IMG/VR virus record: IMGVR_UViG_3300027528_000003
Coordinates: 1 to 52,450 of that record
DNA length: 52,450 nt
Reading direction: 5' to 3' (one strand)
Source: a virus
Taxonomy: Duplodnaviria; Caudoviricetes
In this document: piece by piece, positions 35,419 to 45,148 of the stretch
How the letters are laid out: the number at the start of each line of letters is the position of its first letter
Position numbering within the stretch: the stretch's first letter is position 1
Position numbers and translations under genes: made by a program
The notes under the pieces: model-generated
Told to the model about the DNA's origin: nothing
The model's input: the letters and a program-made list of their open reading frames with translations, nothing else
Database searches by the model: none

Positions 35419-35673
35419 TCAGCTCCCTTGCTCGGTGACCGGCACTTCTTCGCCGGTGGTGGTGTCGGTCCAGTGCTCGGTGCCGTCCGTGTCGAACGTG
35501 ACGGCGACCTCTATGCGCGTCCCGGTGGAGCGGGCCGAGACGGGGAGTTGCATGGTGGAGGTGTTGACGGTGTACTGCGGCCGGGCCCAGGGCATGGGGC
35601 CGCGCGCGATGGCGATGGCGATCTGCGTGTACGGGTCCGCGGATTCGAAGGCTCCCGGGTCCAGTTCCCTCAT
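35419..35673 (-). CDS. Small tail-module protein
   Basis: TGATG coupling. Confidence 0.55.
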   Translation of the reverse strand: MRELDPGAFESADPYTQIAIAIARGPMPWARPQYTVNTSTMQLPVSARSTGTRIEVAVTFDTDGTEHWTDTTTGEEVPVTEQGS

Positions 35674-36785
35674 CAGGCACCTCCGGCTACGGTCAGCGGA
35701 CTGGCGGAGATCGCGATGGTCTCCCCTGCCGTGCCCCATGTACCGGTGACCCCGGTCAGGCGCATGCCCTGGGACACGGGGCGGCAGTAGTCCTGGATGT
35801 TGATGTCGATGCGTTCCCCGGGCACGAGCTGTTCCACGGTGACCGGTGCCAGGGGGTTCAGGCCGGAGTTGGCTGGGCTGGAGATGGCCAGGGGTGCGGG
35901 GTACCGGCCGCCCAGCATCGATAGTGCTGCGGCTCGCAGTTCGGCGGTGGTGGCGTCCTGGGCCTGCATCCGGGCCAGTCGGTCCAGGCGCCCGTAGGGG
36001 GTGCCGGTGGTGCCGGTCCAGTAGGTGTTGACGGTCTGCGAGAAGTCCGTGGAGTTCTCCGGCTGGGTGGTGGCGATGCCTACGGTGGCGGCGGAGAGTC
36101 CGGCGCGGGTCACGGTCGGGCTCGCGGTGAAGTCGCGTTCGGTAAGGGTGGCCTGCGGCTGGGCGCTGTCGGTCAGGCGGTCGCGCAGGAACATCACCCG
36201 GCCGATCGTGGTGTAGTCGAAGCCGTAGTTGGTGGCGAGGTCGTTGATGATGTTCAGGACGTAGTCCACGATGTTCCGCGAGGCGAACGTAGGCCGGGAG
36301 CCGGAGTCCTGGCGGACGATGTACGCGAGCATCTTGGGGTAGTCGTGCGGCACCGACCACACCGCGTCGTTCAGGTTGCTGGTGATGTAGTTCAGCGCGA
36401 TCTGGGTTGCGTCGATCGCCCCGGTGGCGGCGACGGGGAACCGGTTGACCAGCGCCGCCAGCCACGCGGTCACGTCCTGCGCGGAGACCACCACGGTGGA
36501 TTCCGTCTCGTCGATCTGCGTGATCGGGCCCTGCCATACCAGGGCGGTGTCCCGGTAGATCGACAGCTCATGGCACCACGGCTCGGCCGCCCCCAGCAGC
36601 TGGCAGCAGTCCGCCCCCATCGACGGCTTGGCGATGGTGACCGAGGCATCCGCTGTTGCCGACAGCACCCGCTCCCAGGTGACGCCGGTGATGCCGTTGA
36701 TCTGCCCGGAGCGGAACGGCTGCGCGCCGCCGCGCCAGTGCACGATGGCGGTGTACGTCTCTGCGCACCCCAGCTCCCCGCTCAC
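35673..36785 (-). CDS. Minor tail protein (hub-like)
   Basis: WCHELSIYRD..LVWQGPI; second gene after tape measure. Confidence 0.8.
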   Translation of the reverse strand: MSGELGCAETYTAIVHWRGGAQPFRSGQINGITGVTWERVLSATADASVTIAKPSMGADCCQLLGAAEPWCHELSIYRDTALVWQGPITQIDETESTVVVSAQDVTAWLAALVNRFPVAATGAIDATQIALNYITSNLNDAVWSVPHDYPKMLAYIVRQDSGSRPTFASRNIVDYVLNIINDLATNYGFDYTTIGRVMFLRDRLTDSAQPQATLTERDFTASPTVTRAGLSAATVGIATTQPENSTDFSQTVNTYWTGTTGTPYGRLDRLARMQAQDATTAELRAAALSMLGGRYPAPLAISSPANSGLNPLAPVTVEQLVPGERIDINIQDYCRPVSQGMRLTGVTGTWGTAGETIAISASPLTVAGGA

Positions 36786-38089
36786 TGGGCATCAGCCCGG
36801 GGCACCATGCGGATTCGGGCTACGGCGTCGGTGGAGTAGTTGACCGGCGTCAGGATCTGCACGCACAGCCCCGACGGGCAGTCGAACACGGGCCACGTGA
36901 ACGCCCCGCCGGAGGCCCCGTACAGCACCGGTTGGCCCTGGGTTGCGCCGAAGCCCTGGCCGCAGTCGATGTAGGCGCGCTGGACGCGGCCGTCCAGGGT
37001 AAGGTCGGCGGTGGCCGGGGTGTAGAGCACACCTACGTCAGTGCAGGCCGCACAGGGGTCCACTCCGGCCACGGCACAGTCCAGTCCGGCCGGGTTCCCG
37101 AAGAACCTGAGCACCAGGTAGCGCAGGTCCACCGATCCGGCCTGGATCTCGATCAGCGGCACCGACTCCCCCCACGCCGGAAGCGTGAGCGGGGAAGCGG
37201 ACAGCCACTGCTCGTAGTACTGGAGTCCGGCACTGGGCGTCCAGCACGGATTCGCGGGCACAGCCACCGCCGGGGGCAGCGCCGGCTCAGGGCACAGCGC
37301 ATCCGTGGGCGGGCACGCCAGCGCCGTAGGGCAGACCGGTACGGCCGCCGCCAGGGTGGTGATGGGGCCCTGGTCCAGGGGAACCCAGTCCCCGGCGCCC
37401 ACGTTGATGGGCTCGCGGTAGATGAAGGGCTTCCCGGCCACGAGCGTGAACGTGGCACTGGACAGGACGCCCTTGGTGGTGCCGGTGCAGCAGGACGCGG
37501 CCTGGTCGCACTGCCCGGCGGACACGTAGTTGCGTTCCGTCTCGGTGATGCCGTCCAGGATGCCGACGTCGTACAGGTGCCGCAGGGCGGTGTCGGCCGG
37601 GTTGTCGCGGTTCAGTGGGTCCGGGCACACCCGGAACATGCACAGCTCGTCGCCCTGGCAGTCGCCCCCGGCACACGCGCCGCCCTTGAGCACCGCCGCC
37701 ATGAACTCGTACCCGTAGGCCATGCCGATGTCGTCCAGGGCCACCAGCATCACCGTGTACACGATCTCCCGCGCGGGGCGCCGCAGCGCACCCAGCGCCG
37801 ACCCGTCACCGACCAGCGCGACCGGGGTGCGTTCGACGGTGGCGGAGGTGAACCCGGACACCCCCAGCCCGATCACGCCCAGGAACCGCGCGGACTCGGG
37901 GCGGCTGGGGTCGTACCAGGGGGCGTTGTCCAGGTCGGGATGGCCGGTGTACGGGGGATCATCCACGGAGCGGTTGAAGCCGTCGCAGGAGCCGCAGCGC
38001 ACGTCGATGCCGTGGGCCTGGGCGCTGGTGGCGGCCATGGCGTTGTTGATGATCTGGGTCCCGCCCAGTTCCGCATAGCCCGCATACAT
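36782..38089 (-). CDS. Minor tail protein (distal-tail-like)
   Basis: Follows tape measure; APWYDP..PESARFLG; Cys-rich. Confidence 0.8.
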   Translation of the reverse strand: MYAGYAELGGTQIINNAMAATSAQAHGIDVRCGSCDGFNRSVDDPPYTGHPDLDNAPWYDPSRPESARFLGVIGLGVSGFTSATVERTPVALVGDGSALGALRRPAREIVYTVMLVALDDIGMAYGYEFMAAVLKGGACAGGDCQGDELCMFRVCPDPLNRDNPADTALRHLYDVGILDGITETERNYVSAGQCDQAASCCTGTTKGVLSSATFTLVAGKPFIYREPINVGAGDWVPLDQGPITTLAAAVPVCPTALACPPTDALCPEPALPPAVAVPANPCWTPSAGLQYYEQWLSASPLTLPAWGESVPLIEIQAGSVDLRYLVLRFFGNPAGLDCAVAGVDPCAACTDVGVLYTPATADLTLDGRVQRAYIDCGQGFGATQGQPVLYGASGGAFTWPVFDCPSGLCVQILTPVNYSTDAVARIRMVPRADAQ

Positions 38090-40755
38090 CAGGCCGCTCC
38101 CATCAGCTTCGAGGCGATCAGTTCCGCAGTCCGCCAGGCCACGGCCTCAGGGGATTCGGCGTTGGACACCACGGTCATGTTGAACGTGTTGCCGACTCCG
38201 GCCCCCTGCTGCGCGAGGAGCTGGGTCAGGCCGGACTGCTGCGCCAGCTGCACGGCGCGGTCGGGGTTGGTCATAGGGATCACGACTTCGGTCCCGGCCT
38301 CACCGATCAGCGCCATCGTCGGCCCGGTCACCACGGCACCCTTGGCCAGGGTGATCGGGCTGATGTGGACGCCGGGGACCTTGTTGAACCCGGAGATGAT
38401 GGTGTTGATGGCCGAGACGGCGCCGCCCAGCGCTGACTTGAAGGCCCCGGACAGGATCGAGCCCATCCCCGACAGCGCATCGCCGATCTTGCCGGGCAGG
38501 CCGGTGAAGAACCCGAGGATGTCGCTGATGCCCCCGGTCACGGCGGACTTGGCCCCGGACCACGCAGACGAGAACACCCGGCTCAGCGTGGAGCCCAGCG
38601 CCGAAAGCCCCGACCCCACCCGGCCGGGCAGCGCCGTCACGAACCCGACCACGGCACTGATCGCTGAGGTGGTGGCGCTCTTCGCGGTGTTCCAGGCCGT
38701 GCTGAAGACGCTGGACAGGGTCGAGCCCAGCGCCGCGAGCCCCGCCCGGACCCGGCCGGGCAGCGCCGTGACGAACCCCACGATGGCGCTGATGATCGTG
38801 GTGGTGACGGTGCGGGCCAGATTCCACGCGGCGGTGAACAGGTTGGACAGCAGACCGGGCAGGGCCGCCAGCGCACCCACGATCAGCGCAGGCGCGTGGA
38901 TCACGCTGGTGACGATCAGGCCGATGCCGATACCGACCGCGACAAGGCCAGCATGGAGCGCGCCGGTGAACAGGTTGGCCAGCTGGCCGGGCAGCGCCGT
39001 GAGGACCGCCAGGATCTGGCCTGGCAGCGCGGTGAAGAACCCGACTACCGCCGTGACCCCGGCGGTGACGCCGGTCGTGATGGCGGTCCACATACTCGAG
39101 AAGAGGCCGGTGATCTGGCCGGGGAGTGCCGAGATCGCGGCCCAGACCTGCGTGCCGAACTGCACGAACCAGCCGATGATCAGCGGGACGGCGGTGATCA
39201 CCCCGGTCACCAGCGCGGTGATCCCGGTGGCGAAATCGGCCAGGGTGGTGATCACCGCCTGGATGATCGGCACCACGACGTTGATCGTCACCCAGGAAAG
39301 GATCAGCGTCTCGAACTGGAGCATGGGCCCCAGCAGCGGCAGGATCGCCGTCTCCAGCTGCACCATCGCGTTGACGATCTGGAGCAGCGGGGCGATCAGC
39401 GGCGGCAGCAGCGGCAGCAGCGGCTGGAACACCTGCACGACCAGCTGAAGGAACAGCGGGATCAGCGGGGCCAGGGCCGTGACCAGCTGCGTGAAAGCCG
39501 GGAGCAGGCCGCTGATCAGCAGCGGCACCAGCGCGATGATCGGCGGCAGGAGCGTGGTGATGGCCTGCGCGAAGGCCTGCCCCAGCATCGCCGCCACCGG
39601 GGCCAGGGCGGCTTCCAGCTGGTTCAGGGCGGAAACGAGGATCGGGAACAGTGGCGCCAGGCTGGTAGCCAGTGCCTGGACCACTGGCGCCAAGGCGGCA
39701 GCCAGCAGCCGCAGCGCCGCCCCCAGCACGGACCCGAACAGTCCGGCGATCTGCCCGACGACAGGCAGCAGCGGGCCGAATGCCCCCAGCAGGGCATCGA
39801 TGCCGTTCAGTGCGGAGGCCAGGCCGGGACCCAGCGCGGACAGCGCCCCCCCAAGCCCCACCACGAAGGAGTTGATCTGCGCGCCAGCGGTACCGGTGCC
39901 CTGGCCGATGGCCGCGAACAGCTCCCCGATCCCGGCGCCCAGCGCGGTGAAGGCGGGGGTGAGCTGGGCGAAGGCGGGCATCATCGCCTGGAGCATGGTG
40001 GTGATGCCGGACAGCACCCCGGCCAGCAGGGTGCCCGTGGGCCCGGACATCAGGCCCATCGCCGTGACGAACTGCTCGATCAGGGGCACCAGCGAGGTCA
40101 GCACCGGGGCCAGCCCGGCGAACATGCCGGTGATGGCGGCCTGGCCCTGGGTGGAGTTGATGAACGCCAGTAGCTGGCCGGTCAGGGTGCCCATCAGGGT
40201 CGCGGACTGGGTCAGGACCGGCGTCAGCGTATGCAGCGTTCCCACCAGGCCGGTGACCCCGGCTTGCATCGGCGCCCACATCGCTGCGCCGACTTTGGAT
40301 TGCAAATCGGTGATGACGGGCGTCAGGGTGGTTTTGATGTTCGTGCCGACGGTCTGCATCGCCAGCGCGAGGGTGCCGCCCCCGGCGGCGGCCAGCCCCA
40401 GTGCCCCGGCCAGGCCGCCGATGAGGACCGGGGCGTTGGCCAGCGCGAGGGTGATCGCGGCCATCATGCCGCCGCCGAATGCTCCGCCGGCCGATGAGCC
40501 CTGGGAGCCGAGGGAGCTGGTTTCGCGGGCCAGGGTAGTGCCCAGGGCAGAGGTGTCGGCATCCACACGGATGTTGACCGCGTTGGCTTCCTCGCGGGCG
40601 CGCCACGCGGTCAGCTCGGCGTCGGCCGGGGTGGTGTCGACGTCCACCGGGATCTCGATGCTGATCTTGTTCACGCGGATCTGCAGCGCGGCCAGGTCTG
40701 CGTCGAAGTTGGTGGTGTCGGCGCGGACTTCGATGAATGCCTGGGCAAGCGCCAT
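38089..40755 (-). CDS. Tape measure protein
   Basis: 888 aa, Ala/Leu/Gly-rich amphipathic repeats (GFxTALPG), C-terminal LAKGAVV..GEAGTEVVIP. Confidence 0.92.
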   Translation of the reverse strand: MALAQAFIEVRADTTNFDADLAALQIRVNKISIEIPVDVDTTPADAELTAWRAREEANAVNIRVDADTSALGTTLARETSSLGSQGSSAGGAFGGGMMAAITLALANAPVLIGGLAGALGLAAAGGGTLALAMQTVGTNIKTTLTPVITDLQSKVGAAMWAPMQAGVTGLVGTLHTLTPVLTQSATLMGTLTGQLLAFINSTQGQAAITGMFAGLAPVLTSLVPLIEQFVTAMGLMSGPTGTLLAGVLSGITTMLQAMMPAFAQLTPAFTALGAGIGELFAAIGQGTGTAGAQINSFVVGLGGALSALGPGLASALNGIDALLGAFGPLLPVVGQIAGLFGSVLGAALRLLAAALAPVVQALATSLAPLFPILVSALNQLEAALAPVAAMLGQAFAQAITTLLPPIIALVPLLISGLLPAFTQLVTALAPLIPLFLQLVVQVFQPLLPLLPPLIAPLLQIVNAMVQLETAILPLLGPMLQFETLILSWVTINVVVPIIQAVITTLADFATGITALVTGVITAVPLIIGWFVQFGTQVWAAISALPGQITGLFSSMWTAITTGVTAGVTAVVGFFTALPGQILAVLTALPGQLANLFTGALHAGLVAVGIGIGLIVTSVIHAPALIVGALAALPGLLSNLFTAAWNLARTVTTTIISAIVGFVTALPGRVRAGLAALGSTLSSVFSTAWNTAKSATTSAISAVVGFVTALPGRVGSGLSALGSTLSRVFSSAWSGAKSAVTGGISDILGFFTGLPGKIGDALSGMGSILSGAFKSALGGAVSAINTIISGFNKVPGVHISPITLAKGAVVTGPTMALIGEAGTEVVIPMTNPDRAVQLAQQSGLTQLLAQQGAGVGNTFNMTVVSNAESPEAVAWRTAELIASKLMGAA

Positions 40756-41366
40756 CAGGTGACCTCCTGGCCGGACAGGGCGGCGAACTGCGCGGCGGCG
40801 GCCATGAAGTCGTCGGCTTCGTCCTGGGGCTTCCACAGCGGTACCGCGTTGGGGCCGTGGGCCAGCGGCCCGGGAATGCCCTCGCGGCGGCCCAGGTCCC
40901 GGTCCAGGCGGTTCAGGCCGCGTTCGTCGGCGACGGCCGCCAGCAGCGCCCGGTACGCCGCCACCAGCGCCACCCGGGGCGGGTGTGCGAGCAGATCGGC
41001 GATGCCGTGTTCCATGGCCCAGCCGCTGATCCGGGCCCAGTTGGCTCCGCATACCGCTGCCAGGCGGCACGCCCAGGCCCATTCGTAGGCGGTGACGCCC
41101 CGTACGACATCAGCGGCCAGCTGCGCGGCGTCGGTCGCGTCGAAGGAGTCTTCGGCGTCGGCCAGACGCCGTTCCAGGACATCCGCGGGCTGCATCGCGG
41201 CCACGATGCCCCACCAGTCCGCGCAGGCCAGTCGCTCCAGCCACCAGTGCGTGTCCCCGCCCAGCAGCAGTTCCTCCCCGTCGACCAGCACGGTCACCGG
41301 CGGATCCTGGGGCAGTACGAAGCCGCCCAGCGTGCTGGGCGGTGCGGTGGTGGCCGGGGTGCTCAT
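40755..41366 (-). CDS. Tail assembly chaperone-like protein 2
   Basis: Position immediately before tape measure. Confidence 0.6.
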   Translation of the reverse strand: MSTPATTAPPSTLGGFVLPQDPPVTVLVDGEELLLGGDTHWWLERLACADWWGIVAAMQPADVLERRLADAEDSFDATDAAQLAADVVRGVTAYEWAWACRLAAVCGANWARISGWAMEHGIADLLAHPPRVALVAAYRALLAAVADERGLNRLDRDLGRREGIPGPLAHGPNAVPLWKPQDEADDFMAAAAQFAALSGQEVT

Positions 41367-41776
41367 TCAGTCCTGGCCTGGGCGGCGGTACGACGGGCCG
41401 GGGTGCGGGAGCCGTTGCGGCGGTTGGCGCGGTTGCCCGAGCCCCCGACCAGGGCTGCCATGTCGTCCTGCAGGTAGGGCTCCCACTCCTCCACCAGGGC
41501 GTTGATGATCGGTAGGAGATCGGTGAGGTCCAGGTCGTCGTCTCGGTTCAGCAGCCGGGACTCGATCCATGCGGAGTCGGTGACGGACAGGCAGTGCTCC
41601 AGGAACAGGCCCGGCCCCGAGAGCATCTCGTCGGGGGTGGCCTTGCGGTTGCTGATGCGCAGCAGCGACGCCCAGGCGATCTGCTTGGGCGGCTTAGCGA
41701 TGATCTCGCGGCCGTCCAGTTCGAAGGGCACCTCGGGGGCCTGGCGCTTCTTCTGTGAGGTCTCGAAGGTGATCAC
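41363..41776 (-). CDS. Tail assembly chaperone
   Basis: VPFELDG...RLLNRDDDLD; GAGGAG RBS. Confidence 0.65.
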   Translation of the reverse strand: MITFETSQKKRQAPEVPFELDGREIIAKPPKQIAWASLLRISNRKATPDEMLSGPGLFLEHCLSVTDSAWIESRLLNRDDDLDLTDLLPIINALVEEWEPYLQDDMAALVGGSGNRANRRNGSRTPARRTAAQARTE

Positions 41777-41798
41777 AGGTGGCTCCTCTGTGAATGGG

Positions 41799-42275
41799 TC
41801 AGAAGGTGGGCGGGGTCTGGATGGGGCTGATCTGGTTGTTCTCACGGATGGGTAGCGGGGCCACGGCTTCGCGCAGGGCCTCGCGGAGGTAGTGCCGGGC
41901 CGGGGAGCCCCTCACGGAGCGCGCCCGCACCAGGTAGCTGGCTCCCTTGGGCCGGAACACCAGGAACGGCGCCGACGTAGGCACGATCGGGCGTCCGGCG
42001 GGGCCGTAGATACCGGTGCCCAGTTCCTGGTAGATGGCGTAGAACAGGTTGGAGCCAACCAGTGCGGACACGCGGTGCTGGCCCCGGTTGACCTGGACCT
42101 TGCTGCGGATGCTGGAGCGCAGGGGTCCCTTGTCGACGGGGGCTTTCATCTTGGCGCGGCGCTGGATGTCGTTGCCCAGGTCCTGGATGTAGCTGTACAC
42201 CGCGCCGCCGCGCCCGTAGAGCAGCTGGTTCCTGGCGGCGGTGTCCACGACGAGCCGCGAGCGGCCGGTGGCCAT
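41799..42275 (-). CDS. HK97 gp10-like neck protein
   Basis: APVDKGPLRSSI, YAIYQELGT, YLREAL. Confidence 0.8.
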   Translation of the reverse strand: MATGRSRLVVDTAARNQLLYGRGGAVYSYIQDLGNDIQRRAKMKAPVDKGPLRSSIRSKVQVNRGQHRVSALVGSNLFYAIYQELGTGIYGPAGRPIVPTSAPFLVFRPKGASYLVRARSVRGSPARHYLREALREAVAPLPIRENNQISPIQTPPTF

Positions 42276-42535
42276 CAGGGCCCGTCCACGACACGGACGT
42301 AGCCGCGCCGGATCAGGCCGTCCAGGTACTCGGTGCGGGTCACGGTGTCGACCGATCCCACGGCCGGGCCGCCGGACCACAGCCGCATCGTCTGCACGGT
42401 CACGGTGGGCGCCGGCTCAGGGGCGGGCTCGGGCTTGGGCGGTTTGTCGGAGGTGGCGGGAGGAGCCACCTTTGCCGCCACCTCCTGTACGGGGGCGGCG
42501 GTCTTTTTGGCGGGGGCTTTGCGGCGGGGGGGCAT
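42275..42535 (-). CDS. Small virion-module protein
   Basis: AGGAG RBS, MPPRRKAPAKK. Confidence 0.55.
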   Translation of the reverse strand: MPPRRKAPAKKTAAPVQEVAAKVAPPATSDKPPKPEPAPEPAPTVTVQTMRLWSGGPAVGSVDTVTRTEYLDGLIRRGYVRVVDGP

Positions 42536-42543
42536 CGTGGCTC

Positions 42544-43125
42544 CTATGGGGTGGCGAGGGTGGGGCGGAAGGTGAACAGGCCGGTCATCTCGACGCGCAG
42601 CACTCCGCCCGCGCAGCCTCCGGCGGGGCCGTGGGGCAGCCAGTAGTCCGGGACGATGTCCCAGCCGCCCTTGACGGCGGCGGCCTGCGGGCAGCACAGG
42701 ACGGCCTGGCGCAGGATGGCGGAGTCGGCGATGAAGTCGAGGGATTCCAGCGTGACGGTGTCGCAGTCCACGGCGGTGCCGTCCTGGGTGGTGGTGATGC
42801 AGCGGAACACCCCGAAGTCCACGGTTGCGGTCACCAGCGAGGGCATGCAGTCGGAGCTGGGGGCGCCGTTGTCGGAGTTGTTGGCGGCCGTAGTGATCTG
42901 CACCACCCGCGCCGACAGGCGCCCGTGGCCGGTCTGCGCGGATTCGGGGCGCCCGTCGGGACAGTTGCAGTCGCAGTTGTCCATCGGGATCAGGTCCTGT
43001 GCGTGGATCAGGCAGCATTCGCATACCGCGCGGCCGTTGTCGGCCAGCAGTTCGCAGGCGCAGTCCAGCAGCGCGCTGATAGCCAGCGCGAGGTTGGGCA
43101 GCGGCGAAGGAACCGGCACGGTCAC
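42544..43125 (-). CDS. Tail terminator/neck-like protein
   Basis: Cys-rich, GVFRC...GPAGGCAG; position after the adaptor. Confidence 0.6.
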   Translation of the reverse strand: MTVPVPSPLPNLALAISALLDCACELLADNGRAVCECCLIHAQDLIPMDNCDCNCPDGRPESAQTGHGRLSARVVQITTAANNSDNGAPSSDCMPSLVTATVDFGVFRCITTTQDGTAVDCDTVTLESLDFIADSAILRQAVLCCPQAAAVKGGWDIVPDYWLPHGPAGGCAGGVLRVEMTGLFTFRPTLATP

Positions 43126-43970
43126 GTGGGGAACACCTCGCCGGGCTGGTTGCGGATGCTTTCCCGGCGCAGGTTCTCCGGGGTGTACACCCCCGACCGG
43201 CGCACGTTCTTGCTGGGGTTCACCGCAGCCAGCCACAGGTCGACCTCGGCCAGGCCGGTGAAGCCCTTCTCGAAGAATCCGGTGGGGTCGATGGTGTAGG
43301 TGAGGCCGTCGCGGGAGACGTTGGTGACCAGCGCCGGGAGGCGGCACTTCGCGCCGATGCACGCCTTGGCGATCTCACACGCCAGCACCCCGGCGGCGCG
43401 CTGTCCGGCCGGGGGTACCGGGGTGCCCCGAACGAACGTGACGCCCCAGGTGCCTTCTTCGGTGAGGTCTTTGGTGAGGTCCTGGCAGCGGGGCCAGCGC
43501 TCGCCGTCCGTGCGGATCAGGCGGTGCTGGTCGTACAGGGCCCAGGCGGTGAAGGGGGCGCCGTCCACATACACGGCGGTGACCCACGCCGCCGGGCTGG
43601 GCAGGTCGAACTCGTCGATGAACTGGCCGCAGGAGCAGCCGCCGCTGCACGGGCACGACAGGTTGAACCACTGCCCGCCGAACAGCCACGGCGTGAACGC
43701 CGGTGCGGAGCCGATCCAGGAGCCGTTGCCCCAGCCCATGCCCCACCCGCACGAGTCGCAGCTCATGCCGCAGTTGGCGCGGCACGGGCGCACGGTGGTC
43801 TCGCAGGTGGTGAACTGCCTGCCCGACAGCGCCCACACAACCTCGGTGGCGGTGTCCATGGCGGCCTGCTGAATGGCCGGGTCGTAGTTGTCCCAGTCGG
43901 AGCAGCAGGTGGTGTCCAGTGGCCACGGACAGTCGTTCGTGGCCACGGGCATGGGCTGGGGTGTGGGCAT
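43122..43970 (-). CDS. Head-to-tail adaptor
   Basis: CPWP, WALSGRQF, WPRCQDL, CRLP..VSRDG, TGLAEVDLW..VNP. Confidence 0.8.
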   Translation of the reverse strand: MPTPQPMPVATNDCPWPLDTTCCSDWDNYDPAIQQAAMDTATEVVWALSGRQFTTCETTVRPCRANCGMSCDSCGWGMGWGNGSWIGSAPAFTPWLFGGQWFNLSCPCSGGCSCGQFIDEFDLPSPAAWVTAVYVDGAPFTAWALYDQHRLIRTDGERWPRCQDLTKDLTEEGTWGVTFVRGTPVPPAGQRAAGVLACEIAKACIGAKCRLPALVTNVSRDGLTYTIDPTGFFEKGFTGLAEVDLWLAAVNPSKNVRRSGVYTPENLRRESIRNQPGEVFPT

Positions 43971-45148
43971 CAGGCAGCCGCCGTAATGAGCGGGGTGACG
44001 CCGGGATCCGAAGCGGAGGTGGTGGTGCTGTCGCCGTAGGCGTACACCTCCACCGTGTAGTTGGTGCCCGGGGCCAGACCCGTGAACGTGGCCTGTGTGC
44101 CGGTGACGGTGCCGGTGACAGCGGCGACGCCGCCGATGTAGGCGTTGGCACTGGCGCTGTACGACGTAGCCCCCGGTACGGCCGCCCACTGCACCGTGCC
44201 GCTGGTGGGCCCGGGGGTACCGGCCACGACGGGTACCGGGGTGGCCAGCGGCACAGGCCAGCGCATCGGATCGTTGACGGGGTAGGTGGCCCAGCCGGGG
44301 TTGCCCGACGGGCTCGCGGTGACCTCAACCAGATACGGGCCCGGTCCCGCGTACACGTGGGAGGCCTGCCCGGAGCTGTTGTCGAAGCCGCCGTCCACCA
44401 TGGGGAAGGTGGCGGGAGGGGTGCTGTCGCCCCAGTCGACGGTGAAGCTGTCGTCGGGGGCGGCCTGCGGCGGGGTGTCGGGCTGGTAGAAGACCGTGAT
44501 GTCGATGCCGTCGTCGGTGGCGTTCAGGTAGCCGGTGGTGTTGCCGTTGTACACGGTCACGGTGCCGGTGGCGCCGGTGGCGGTGTCGGTCGCGGTCATG
44601 GTGAAGCGCCCGTAGCTCTCGAAGCCGTGGAAGTCGCTTTCGAAGGAGCCGTCAGCGGCGGCGGTCACGGTCTGGGTTGTGCCATCACCGAAGTCGACGG
44701 TGACCGTGCCGCCCGGGGTTGCGCCGTGCCCGATGATGCCGTTGTTGTCGTTGCTGCCGCTGCCGGTGTTGAGCATCCTCACCGCGAACACCGGTGCGGG
44801 CGGTACGGGCGCCACGTTCACGGTGGCGGTGGCGGAGGGGCAGGTGGATCCGGCGCGGGCGGTGAGCGTGAAGGAGCCGGCCGACGCGTAGGTGTGCGTG
44901 AAGGTGACGCCCGGGTCGGGGTCGGGGGGCTGGGTGGCGGTGGCGGGGGCGGAGCCGTCACCCCAGTCCAGGGTGACGCTCTGCCCCGGGTAGGCGCCGG
45001 TGACGGTAACGGTGACCTGCCCGGGGGTGGTGTCCTGGGTGGGGGTGAGCGTCAGGCCCGGGCACGGCACCATCACCCGGGTGGTGGCCATGCCGCCGCC
45101 GCAGTCCGCGCCGGTCCCGCACATCACGCTCACCAGGTGGCTGCTCAT
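43970..45148 (-). CDS. PKD/Fn3 Ig-like multi-domain virion protein
   Basis: DWGDG...HTY PKD motifs; GLAPGTNYTVEV Fn3 motif. Confidence 0.75.
   Translation of the reverse strand: MSSHLVSVMCGTGADCGGGMATTRVMVPCPGLTLTPTQDTTPGQVTVTVTGAYPGQSVTLDWGDGSAPATATQPPDPDPGVTFTHTYASAGSFTLTARAGSTCPSATATVNVAPVPPAPVFAVRMLNTGSGSNDNNGIIGHGATPGGTVTVDFGDGTTQTVTAAADGSFESDFHGFESYGRFTMTATDTATGATGTVTVYNGNTTGYLNATDDGIDITVFYQPDTPPQAAPDDSFTVDWGDSTPPATFPMVDGGFDNSSGQASHVYAGPGPYLVEVTASPSGNPGWATYPVNDPMRWPVPLATPVPVVAGTPGPTSGTVQWAAVPGATSYSASANAYIGGVAAVTGTVTGTQATFTGLAPGTNYTVEVYAYGDSTTTSASDPGVTPLITAAA

Noticed and set aside
36932-39448. Long antisense or alternative-frame ORFs (also 45298-47394, 47145-49115, 50017-52107 and similar)
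   Set aside because: Shadows of real high-GC genes; they lack RBSs and recognisable motifs
41340-41420. Programmed frameshift between the tail chaperones
   Set aside because: No clear slippery heptamer seen; the second gene has its own ATG overlapping the stop
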